Source of the DNA: Cycas panzhihuaensis
Taxonomy: Eukaryota; Plantae; Cycadophyta
Direction: 5' to 3'
Assembly (NCBI GenBank): GCA_023213395.1
Contig: CM041465.1
Coordinates: forward strand, 225,377,741-225,441,740
DNA: 64,000 bases
Both the position numbers and the translations under genes were made by a program. Below are positions 14,071-31,642 of the stretch, in pieces. Every line of letters begins with the position of its first letter. The stretch's first letter is position 1. The notes under the pieces are model-generated. The model was not told where the DNA came from and searched no databases. It saw nothing but the letters and a program-made list of their open reading frames with translations.

Positions 14071-14833
14071 CTCCTTATAGTACTTTTTTTAATTCTTTTC
14101 TTATGATTATATTATATTCTTTTTATTTCCCTAAATATTATTTAATTAATAATAAAATAATATGCACTTAAGGGATTAATTAATCCTCATTATTTTAAAT
14201 AATAAATACCTACAAAGAGAATAAGTGTAAATTATAAATAAGTCATATCTTAACCACATATAAAAATATCAATGTTAATTACACTTGGGATGGATCTTAT
14301 TCCTTTGCATATAGAAGATGAGTGGTGAATGGATATTAATAGACTCTTACTTTAGTTTTCTTCTTCTATCCCTTTTGAGGAAAAGGAACTTTTTTTGTAA
14401 GAATAGAAATTATACTTCTATATCTTAATGTAAGAAAATTATCATAGCCTTCCTAGAGACCTCAAGAAGAGTAAGAAGTCATTAACTAATATAAAATAGA
14501 TAATAGATCAACACCTTCTTCTTCTTCTTAAAGTCTACTCTTTGAAAGGTACTCTTCTCTAAACTCAAGTATACATAAATGATGTAAAAGAAATAGTTTT
14601 ATATGCCTATTTTATATCAAAAATTAAATAAATTTTACCCATAACAATTATAATATTATAAAAAAAAAATTTAAAAGGTTGAGGTTAACTTACCTAAAAT
14701 TAAGATTTAAGATTAAATGACCTAAAAATGCCAAGTTTTAAAGAAATGACATTATTTCTTAAGCCTACATAGAAAATGATTTAAATCCAAGTTAAAAATG
14801 ATTACATCTAGCTCAAACTTAATTTTTAGTATC

Positions 14834-14877
14834 AAAATAATACTTAATACTTATCTATAAGTATTGAGTATTATTTT
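14834..14877. repeat. Near-perfect palindrome (21-bp arms, 2-nt loop)
   Basis: aaaataatacttaatacttat-ct-ataagtattgagtattatttt, with one T:G mismatch. Confidence 0.9.
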
Positions 14878-15016
14878 ATATGCTAGCATTTTATCTCTTA
14901 GCATTAGAGGCCTTAAAATTTGCATCTTTGAAGACTACCCAAAAATCACTATAACTTACTTTGGTTTAAATAAGAAAAAAAGTAGAATATATGCTTCATA
15001 CTAATAAAATTGTTAA

Positions 15017-16910
15017 TTCCATTTAGTGGCTTAGGAGAAAGTGTGTCTCCCCAAATGGGCTAGTGGGCTGAGTGTTAAAAATATTACCTTCTTCAATAAA
15101 GCCTTGTGGCTAAGCTGGGATGGAGAGTAGCTAAGAAGGACAAAAGCCTGTGGTGTGTGATCGTGGCCTAAAAATATCTAAGAGACAAGCAGTACCTGAG
15201 TGATGACCTTTCAAGCAAGCTAGGATCCGCGATATGGAGGAGCCTAGCTTATGTAAGGAAGATGCTGGTGACAGGAGCCTAATGGTACCTGTGGGATGGG
15301 GAGAGGATTAACCTGTGGGATGATGTCTAGAGTGGATAACCACAATGGAATAAAAGACCAATTATTGGCCCCATCTAGGGTACTTATGAAAGGCTATATA
15401 GTAGGAAAGTTAAGAACTATTGAGAGATCCAAGGGGGAATAAAGAAATGGAAGCCATTTGACACGATAAACCACACAAATGAGGAATAAATTAAAACCTT
15501 TAGACTTAAGCTAGAAAAAAATTATATTCCTAAACACCTGAAGGCAGACTCTATGATTTGGCCCTTATCCCCTTCTAAGGATTATTTAGTGAAATATGGT
15601 TATATGTTCTAGATATCCAAAAATGGTCTAAAGAAGACTGAGAGGTTAGGGAGTCTATGGAAAATGGGCTTAATCCCTAAGGTAGCCATCTTTTAGTGGT
15701 TGTGCCTTAAGAATAAGATACTAACACTGGATAATTTAAAGAAAATAGGTTTTTTTACGGTGAATAGATGTATTTTATGTTGGAAAGATGAGGAGTCCCG
15801 TGATCATATCCTGTTACACTACTCTTTCTCTAAGGAGGTGTGGAAGCTGATCTAAAAATTTTTTGGAGTGGAGTGGGTCCTCCTTAGTAATGCAGAGGAT
15901 TTAGTCACCTCTTAGAAAAGCCCCTTCAGATGCAGAACCCTTAGGTCTTTGTGGATAACTTCTCTTCCTATGCTAATGTGGAACCTCTAGAAAGAGAGAA
16001 ACATGAGAATTTTCTAAGAGACATACATGGATGGGCCTAAGCTCTTTGGGATAATAGTCACATGCATGAGAGAGACTTTAAAGGAAGAGGAAGAAAAGTC
16101 CATTATCTATGAGTAAAGGAACATCCTAGAGAGGTGGGGTTTGAGGAATATTAAATCAAGTGTAATCCAAAAAAGGCAATGTAGATGGCATCCTGCCCCT
16201 AAGAGGTGGGTCAAAATCAATTTTAATAGGGCAACACAAGGTAAATCTAGTGAAGTAAGGGGAGGTTTGATATGCAAAAATAATATAGGGAAGGTGATCT
16301 AAGCTTTTTCTAACTACTATAGAACTCAAACTAGTCATAGAGCTAAGCTAAATGCAATGGGTAAAGCCTTGGACCTGATCTCCCTCGAGGGGTATGATAG
16401 GGTGATTTTGGAAGGGGATTTGCTAAGCATAACAAAACTAATTAGAGGGGATATAGAGCCAGACTAGAGATATAGAGCCATGATTAATGATCTCAAGAAG
16501 GATCTCTAAAGAATAGTAAATATTTAAGTGATACATACATACAAGGAAGGTAATGAGGTGGCTTATGGACTAGCCAATTAGAGAGTACAATTCAAAAGAA
16601 GTAAGGTTTAAAGGAATATGATCCCTGATGAGTTTATAAACAAAGTTAGGAAATATTTAGAAGGTATAAATACTGGTAGGGACTTAGAACTAGATCCTGG
16701 GATTGATATGGTAGATAGATAGCACGATGCAAATAGCTAGCCATTGGGCTTGTCATGGGAGGGGGGTTTAGCTGATGTAGTAGGTTTGGGTTCATATAAA
16801 GCTAAGTATATGCTTATCATGGCAAAGGGTCATATTGTAAGTGTCTAGAGTTATATGTTATACTCTTGATAATGAGTTAAGATCACTATGTTAACCTTAA
16901 TAAGGAAAAA
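15017..16910 (+). mobile_element. 5'-truncated L1-type LINE with zf-RVT and RNase H, pseudogenised
   Basis: HLVA*EKVCLPKW..GLSVK, CLKNKILTLDNLKK, CILCWKDEESRDHILLH, WVKINFN and HTYKEGNEVAYGLA. The 3' end ttaaccttaataaggaaaaa resembles the other RNase H LINEs. Confidence 0.9.
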
Positions 16911-18051
16911 TTTATTAACTATACTTGGATGATAAAAATATATAGCATAAGATGTAACTACTTTATGCCTAATGGAGGATACTTGGTCTTTGGTCTAATA
17001 TTAATACTAATGATATTTCTAAATTAGTTTGTAGAGAGTTGTTTTGGTGAAATACACCCCTAATGAATATGGAAGAGATATCAACTCTATGAATAACATA
17101 ATAGATGGTTGGTTCAAGAGGGGATCCTCTATAGGTTATTAAATGGAAGGCCCTAACCTTGGTAACTTTTAATATGGAAACCTAATCTAGATGAGGTTAG
17201 GATGTTAGTATGCTCTAACATTTACCTTGCATCAAATTAATACATGGGACTAGATTAGATGATTTTCTTAACTTAGACTCAAGTTAATCAACCAATATAA
17301 TAGTCTCAAGATATGGAGGACTTACCTTATAGTCTCAAATAATGGAGTGGCTTTGTTATAATGTAAGGTAGGATAGAATTCTTTAGATCAATAATAAAAG
17401 GAAAGCCACTAGATTAAAAGGAATGCTTAAAGATAAAGATGTTGTATCAAGATCTATGACTTAACCACCTAAGTATTGAATGCTATGTTACATGTGATCC
17501 CTACTTCATATGATAAAATTGTTAGATGACCCATTCCATATTGTATGCATTATGATATCTAATCGATGAATATTAATAGATATATCATACTATATTATAA
17601 TGTGATATTTGATGATATTATTATTATTATTAGTATTACCCAATAAAGCATGAGGCCTCAAATAGATTAATCCATTTTAGAGTGCTTATATATTTTTCTT
17701 TCTTTCTTGAATTTTGTTTTTATAGCCCCTATATTTTTAGGATCATGTTATCCTTTTCACCCATTCTATTTTAATTAAAGGTATATAGTATATAGAGCCT
17801 AACTATGTTACATGATTTTATGTAGAGGTTGTGATGAACCCATGGCTAGTCAATTAGTAGATATCAATTAATTAGTAGATAAAATATGCATAGTAGAAAT
17901 AATCTTAGAAATAATAAATGGCATAATTTCCAAGGCACTACAGTGCCATATTTAATTATAAACCTATTGTAAAAACAAGCATATATAAAGAGTTAATTTT
18001 CTTCCATATTTATAGGTGCCAAAATAGGCCCCTTTAAAAAGTTGACTTAAT

Positions 18052-18095
18052 AATGATGATGATGATAATGATGATGATGATGATGATGGTGATGA
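18052..18095. repeat. (GAT)n microsatellite
   Basis: About 14 imperfect GAT units. Confidence 0.9.
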
Positions 18096-18689
18096 CTTCT
18101 ACTACTTATTAATAGTCTTGGGATTATTACAAAGACCTTATTCTCTAGTAAGGATTAAGGAGAATGCAATTTATGGTAGATAAGAAAAATATGAGACCTA
18201 ACCTTGATAAAATATAAGGGAAAAATCTTTGAAATAAAAAAGGGATCCTATTCAAATAGAATAGTTTGGGATGCACCTTAGATTTAAGGATAATATAATA
18301 TAATAACCTATTCTAATAAATTTATAAGGATTAGGAAGGCTTTATTTAACCTAAACTATCCTAGTTAACTTAACAAGTGACATTAAGATTCTATATAGAG
18401 TGCAGTGTTATCAAGGTATAATGTAAATGATGTAGAGTGTCCTACATATAAGTTATAAGTGTATGGAGGGAGGGATAGTAAGAGAACTAATTCTTTACAA
18501 TCATTTCTTAGCTTTCCTTGCCATGCACACATACATACATGTCTAAATCAACTACTACTTATATAAAAAGATTAATGATTTCAACTATCATTATAAAACA
18601 ATTATAATGGCTAGCCTTCCTTGATAATCTCTTTTCTCTTTATAATCCAATTGCAATCATTATTGAGTATAATAATTTAATTATGTTCA

Positions 18690-18960
18690 ACTTGTGCCCA
18701 TGGTCCCAACTATGATCAATTCACAACCATGACCCCAACTATAATTAGTTTGTACTCATGACCCAAACTACGATCGACTTGTACTTGTAACCCTAACTGT
18801 GATCAGCTTATAATCATTACCCTAACCATAATCCACTCATAATCATAACCCCAACCATGATCTTCTCACAATCACAACCTCAACTATAATCCATTTGTAA
18901 TCACAACCCCAACCATGATCCATTTACAATCATAACCTTAATTATGACTAACTTGTAATG
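18690..18960. repeat. ~30-bp-unit minisatellite inside the Gypsy LTR
   Basis: About 8-9 units resembling caaccatgatccatttacaatcataacccc. Confidence 0.85.
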
Positions 18961-19199
18961 GCAACTGTAATTGCAATGTAACCTCAACTTATTTAATTTA
19001 CAATTCCTTCAAAACTATATATTCAGTTTCATCTGTGCACATCTCCCCTATCACAAAACCAATGAGTATCCTTACTCATTTTTATAAAAAAAAAAATTAT
19101 CTTCCACCCTTTCTCCTCCTGAAAAATTGTTAAGTAGTGACACATGGTATGCATCCTCTATTTCTTTATGTATTTGATTCATTGCTTGACGAATATAAT

Positions 19200-20880
19200 T
19201 TGTATCAGGTCTCATAATAGTTGGTGGAACTTATACCCCTTGTGATCGACAATGATCAACTAAAATTACCATATCCTACAATGCATCTAATTATGCCAAT
19301 GTAGCCTTTTCCTTTCTATTTAATAGTGTGATTTCCACTATTGCCTCAATGTACAATTACTCTGTTCTAGTTAGTTCCTGATATAAATTATGTATTTTAC
19401 TCCAAAATTTATTTGTATGTGTTGTCTCCTCTTTTATCTAAAGGATCCAAGCTCATAACTTATAAATTACATCATGCAGGCCCTAGGGAATCTCTTAGTA
19501 GAAGCAACCTCTAAAAGCTTATACCTTAGGCATAATACCATAATAATGTTTTTTAGAAATTTTAGGTGACCTTCTATAGCTACCATCTTTTCTTCAAGCT
19601 TTTGAATTCTTTGCATATCTGGTGGAGGTCTTCTCTTCCTTTATTTTAGTTTCATCATAAGTTGTCTAGTTACCTTTGCTAAAAAAGAAGTCTTCCACTG
19701 CAAGATATCTTATAGGTCATAACTCATTGGGTCCAGGCCTCCTTCCAAATAATCCTCTAATTAATTAAATTCTACTTTCAATGTTTGATTATTCAAAATT
19801 TATAAAATTTCTCGTCACCTTTTTTTTGCAAATAGTTTTCTCCTCCTCTATTTCTCTTCTTCTTAGCATTTTAATGGTTCAACTATCCTTGACTTTTTCT
19901 CTGGCTACTCTGCTCCATCCTTACCCCATGGTAGGTTCTTCCTCCATCTTTTGAGTCTCCTCTCTTATCTCTAATTTCTTACTCTCTTCCTCTTTTTTCT
20001 TTTGATTATATACCCTTGTTTGGGTTTGTGAGGTCATCCCTACTCCTAGTTTTTCCTCTACGTCTTCCTCCTTCACTAGGCATGACTAGGGAGTGTTAGG
20101 CTACCATTGTAAGTGGAGCCAGCTACTAACTTATTCTTGTAACTCTGTCAAAGGTAAAGAACCTCTTCCACACTCTCTTAAGAATAATTCTATCTATTTT
20201 TCTAATAGAGGTTGTGCTTCCTTAACCTCAGGAATTTGGATACTTAAGCATTGTGAAAAAAATAACCCCTATGACAAAGTAGGGTAAAAAAATAGAATGA
20301 ACTGAGTAGCACCTTTTATAGATTCTAAATTCCTCAAAAATTTACTAAAGATAAACTTGGCCTAATTAAATTTATGACCCTCTATAACCTTTAAATTTAT
20401 GACCCTTTGTAAGCTTTATTAATATAATGCACAAATGATTGGGGATAAATGAATATTTTTGTCCTAATATTACTCTAGTAAATTAGAAATGAGCTATCCA
20501 CTATATTCCTTAGATGAAATCCTAGAAATTTAAATTCCTAAACTAGAAACATCAGATTCTTTTTCTCCTATTTTGTGTATTGTTTGTTCCCTAGAAGTCT
20601 ATTTATTCTTGGGAATATTCAACTCTTTATTTGGTAACCCTCTTACCCTTGCAACTGCTTTAATAGAAAAGTCTAACAGAAATTATCACTGCACACCATT
20701 GTAATTATTATTGAAAGAAAACTATACATATTTGGAAGGACGCCAACCAACAACCAATACATATTGATTTAGTCCAACAATTATTAATCTCTTTTTGTAT
20801 TCCTCTTCTAGCTTCATTTCTTGTCATTGTTTTCTTGTTTGGTCATCATCGGATTCCTTGAAAGTTACTATCATCCATTG
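19200..20880 (-). pseudogene. Gypsy accessory 3' ORF (PMD-like N-terminus, charged coiled-coil C-terminus)
   Basis: Reconstructed YKKRLIIVGLNQYVLV, LLDFSIKAVARVRGLPNKE and GHKFN*AKFIFSKF, followed by an E/K/R-rich stretch. Homologous to 60987-62760. Confidence 0.6.
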
Positions 20881-22571
20881 CAATTCCATTATCATCGTGG
20901 TTGTGCTCCTCCTTTTTGTGCTACCCACTCAGGAGTTGCTGCCAAGTCAGCTTTGTTTATATAATTCAATTATTACCAAGCCTAATTATTTAAAAAAAGT
21001 TGCTCATAACTACAATGTTAATGTGCTTGCCCCATTCTTATCTTATTGCAATCATGGAAATACTAACCACTTGGATTGTGATCAGATTTTCCCATCAAAA
21101 TTGTCACATCTTCTTTATTTGTAACCATCATTCTTAGGATGCAAGTAAGGACCCATGGCATGTAATTAAGGAAAGAATAAGATTGTGACATCTTCTTTAT
21201 TTGCAACCATCATTCTTAGTATACTCTTATTAATTACCTTGGGAAGGATTTTCCCATCGAGTTGCATTGTCCCATTTCTCTAAATATGTAATATTTTATA
21301 CAGTTCTAATCAGTGCAATTTCATCTTGCATAGCTTTATTAAAAACTTACTATTGTATATTAAAATAAGATCATTTTCATGGAACTTTGGCACTTATAGA
21401 TGTCGATCATGCCATACCTTTCATCAATTTTTTTTCTTTTTTAATTCCCATAATGATTGAGCTCTTTTTTCATCTAACTTCAATAGCTCCATGATCCTCT
21501 CATTCCAAGAGTTTGGTTTGTCTATGCACATTTGAACTACCACCCAAAGACTTTTTGTCTAAAATTCTAATGGAAGTACACTTCTAAGTCATATACTAGT
21601 TGGAATGGTGTCTACTTATGCGGTCACTTGATTATTATTCTATCTACCTAAAGGACAGAATGTAATTATTCTGTCAAGTCTATTCTTGCTTCATTGTAAA
21701 TATTTGATAAGGCTAACTTCAAAATTTTATTAGTACTTTCAACCTAACCATTAGCTATAGGATAATATAGGGAAGATTGATAGTGTTAGATCATAAACTC
21801 GCTAGTCAAATGTTTTATAGTACTATTTCAAAAACTAGTTTCTTAATCTGACAATAATTCTAAAGGACAACCAAAATAAACTATAATGTTTTTATTTAAA
21901 AATTTTGCAGTGCTTTTGACATCAGAATTCTTGAGAGGTCAAGCTTTTATCCATTTTATGAAAAAATTAGTAGCCATTATATATACCTTACATTCATTCA
22001 CTTTGTTGGCAGACATCATAGCTTCAAAATTATGCATGTATATTATTTTTAATTAGAGAATATATGGTTTCCCATATAAGTAAGCCATCATAATTAACCC
22101 TAAAAAGAAGGAAGAAAATATTTCTTCTATGATCATAGTAATGCCATCTTATATATACAAATATTTATAAATTAGATACAAGATATTAACAAAGAATTAT
22201 ATCACAAGGTAATATCTCCACATGTTAGCTGGATATTTGGTTATTTATCTACCAGGTTAGTAATATATGCTTAGAAATTTATTCTCTTGATATAGTCCCC
22301 ATTTTATTAATCGTATTTTATATGCATTTTATATTATATGTATTTTTATCTCTTCTTCCTCCCAATCACTTATGAATATATGATACTAGGTATTCAAAAG
22401 TACGGCTATGGATGATATAAGAGGGAATTCCTAAAGCTTTCATGTATATATATACTGAAAGATGAATCCAAATAATAGATATACATGTTGGAAATAATTA
22501 TTACCCTTTTTATAGATGGCATCTCTACCTTTAATAAGGATAGTTTGTATATATGTACTCAAGATGAATCC

Positions 22572-22574
<3 letters not shown>

Positions 22575-22622
<48 letters not shown>
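22575..22622. repeat. (TA)n microsatellite
   Basis: About 24 perfect units. Confidence 0.95.
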
Positions 22623-22625
<3 letters not shown>

Positions 22626-22989
22626 AGAAATAATTATCAACTATTTGATATATCTATTCCTCATAACTAGTTTATAGAATATCCTACATCCTCAGCAACA
22701 TGCCTTGGTAATACCATGCTCTACATAAGCTTCCCATGTCATCCATTCATTTTATTAGGATGTTTTATTAGGATAGTGTAATATGACTAAAAGCTTCTTA
22801 ATTTCTTACCTTCCTTAAAGGTTATTCCTACACTATATTATTCCATTAAATAAGATTCTTTCTTGTGTTAGACTTTGATCCCTTATATCTTATAAGTCTA
22901 TCATATATCTTAGATCCCATTTAAAACCTATTATTTTTTTAGTAAGAGGTAAGACATCTAAATAATAAGTACGTAAAATAGCTAAGATC

Positions 22990-29430
<6,441 letters not shown>

Positions 29431-29513
29431 TAATTCAAAAGTTTGAACATACAAAAGGTAACCCTAAGAAACTCCAAGATATATATATGTTTATATGTTT
29501 ATGTGTGTGTGTG

Positions 29514-30245
29514 TGTTAGAATTAACTAAAATACAAATAGGATCAATTGTATTTTTTATAATGACTTAATCTCCCATCTTTTTTCTTACATGCTTACATA
29601 TCTTAATGCTTGATATATTTATATAATAGATCCTGCCACAGGATGTAACCTTAATATTGACTAATCAATATAAAGTAATATTAAATACATCTTTAGAATA
29701 TCTTCTAATGTCCCCCTTTAATATTGATTTTTTTGGAAACTAAAATATCATGAAAAGATAACATCCACCTTGATGTTAGCTTCATATATTCCAAAGAGAT
29801 ATCATAATATAAAAATCTTAAATTTAGTAAGAGATTTAGTGAAAATGTCCATAAGTTATTGATTTAAAGGATATATACCAACTAAATAAGATTATTGCCA
29901 ACCAATTTTTTGATGCAATAGAGATGACATTTAATGCTTTTAGATTTAGAATGCTAAACTAGATTTGTAAAAATGGAAATTACTCCTTGATTATCAACAT
30001 TCATTTGGATAGAAGTCTTGAAATAAAAAATAAATTATTGAATCAAAAACTTAATCCATTAAACTTACTTACTTGCTTCAAATAAAGAATGATACTCCAC
30101 TTTAGTAGTAGAAAGAGCATGAGATAAAAGCTTCTTACAAGACCATGTAATTGGAGTAGAAGTAAAGAAGAAAATATAACCTGCAATAGATCTTTAACAA
30201 TCCATATCATAAGTCCAATCTAAATTAGTGTATCTATATGGATGC
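29514..30245 (-). mobile_element. pol: Ty1/Copia 3' fragment: RNase H remnant, PPT and 3' LTR (~29514-29710)
   Basis: Minus-strand Ty1 RNase H motifs YTNLDWTYDMDC*RSIAGY, ITWSCKK, ALSTTKVEY, DNQGVI and HSKSKSIK. PPT reverse complement tccccctt at 29711-29718. Confidence 0.8.
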
Positions 30246-30428
30246 CTATGCAGAGTTTGGAAGAATAAATAGACATAGGAGAAGGCAGGCATGAAGAAGA
30301 GGACTTATAGATGGTTATACAGGCTCGCTCGAGAGGAATATGGCACTAGAAGGACCCTTGTGGCCTTACAAGTAAGATAGAAGTTTATTCTATTTTATCT
30401 TATTCTATTTTTATCTGAAAATACTTAA

Positions 30429-31640
30429 ATGGAGAAGGATTGAATAAACCAAAACCAGTCTCATAATTTCTCCTAGGGGAGATCCTATTTTGAAGTTTTA
30501 AAATCAAGTGAAGAGGAAGACTATGACCTAACCCCTATTATCTAGGACAACAAAGTAAGACTGCAAATCCCTAAGAAACTAGTGGAGAAATATTAGGAGA
30601 ACTACCTGGTTGGCAGATTCTCTAGACCTAAACCAGGACTAGAAGTCATAAGGAGCTAAACTAGAGGGTTATGTGGAAGTCATAACGATGCGAAAGAGGT
30701 GTGTCTTATTCAAGTTCACAGTGCAAGATGATATGACTAATATTCTCATGAAGGCTCCTTAGATGCTAGGAAGAAAGGCATTAATACTGGAAAAATGACA
30801 CAGTGATTCTGACCCTTTGGTTCCCATGGTTAAGCAAGCACCATTGTGGATCCAGCTTCCTTGGCTCCCACTATAATTACGGAACATGGAGATCCTGAAG
30901 GGGGTGCCGAAATCCATTGACCCCCTCCCAGGGGTCGACTCTACTACCAAAAATAGAAGCAGGCTAATCAATGCCAAGTTTTGCGCCTTGACTAGGATTA
31001 ATAAACCCCTCCCAGATGAAGTGTGGATTGGTATGGAGGACTGGAGTAGGGCACAACCATTGATATATGATATGGATGATTTTAGATGTTCAGCTTACAG
31101 AAGATTGGGCCATCTGCCACAAAAATTCCCAAGGGACAAGAAAGAGGATGAGGCAAATCAGGAAGATAGCATTATACCTGAGGACAACCCTAGAAGGTAG
31201 TGGAACCTCAAGAGATGGAGAGAGGCGAGAGCCCTCTCAGGGAGCATGGGGTTGAGGGGCTAGGGTTTAACCCCAATGAGGAGGATATCCTCTCTAAGGT
31301 AGGAGAATAAGAAGTTTAGGCTCCAAGATTGACATAAGTGATAGATGAGGGAGGGAATCTAAGGATATTTGTTCTAGAAGGTGAGAGCGAGGAGACCCCA
31401 CTTAGGGTGGGTCAGATTGACATGGATCAGAGGAAGATCATAGATGTTGGATCTGAGAGATGGGTAGGTAGGCCTCCCCTTAAGATATTGAGAGAGAGGG
31501 AAGTGGCAACTTAGGTAGATCAGGGTAACCTAAAAACCCTAAATGACAGATTCCTAGAAGGGCCCAGACTAAGATCTAAAGCTGAAGGATGTGACCCATC
31601 TAGAGGAGAGGCAGTGGAGATCTAGAAGCAAAGGAAGAAG
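30429..31640 (+). pseudogene. LINE ORF1 (DUF4283-like region plus CCHC zinc knuckle)
   Basis: YLVGRFSRPKPGLEVIRS, APLWIQLPWLPL and FRCSAYRRLGHLPQKFP (degenerate CCHC). Many stop codons. Confidence 0.8.
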
Positions 31641-31642
31641 AG

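Larger units (their letters stand above)
18124..22010 (-). mobile_element. 3' portion of a Ty3/Gypsy element: integrase remnant, accessory 3' ORF, PPT and 3' LTR (~18124-19041)
   Basis: Integrase remnant STAKFLNKNIIVYFGCPLELLSD at ~21840-21960. PPT reverse complement tctcccctatc at 19042-19052, next to the LTR end. The PPT-proximal sequence is homologous to 62810-62890. The left LTR boundary is approximate. Confidence 0.8.

Noticed and set aside
15003-15017. Possible TSD for the 15017-16910 LINE (aaaattgttaa vs aaaatttattaa)
   Set aside because: Low-complexity and needs an indel, so it cannot be distinguished from chance.
16911-18050. Possible host exons in unassigned DNA (also 14070-15016)
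   Set aside because: No ORF, recognisable domain or convincing splice structure. The same TA-rich decay as neighbouring repeats suggests older TE debris.
22485-22670. 61-aa ORF with a YI run
   Set aside because: Spans a TA microsatellite and has no protein features.
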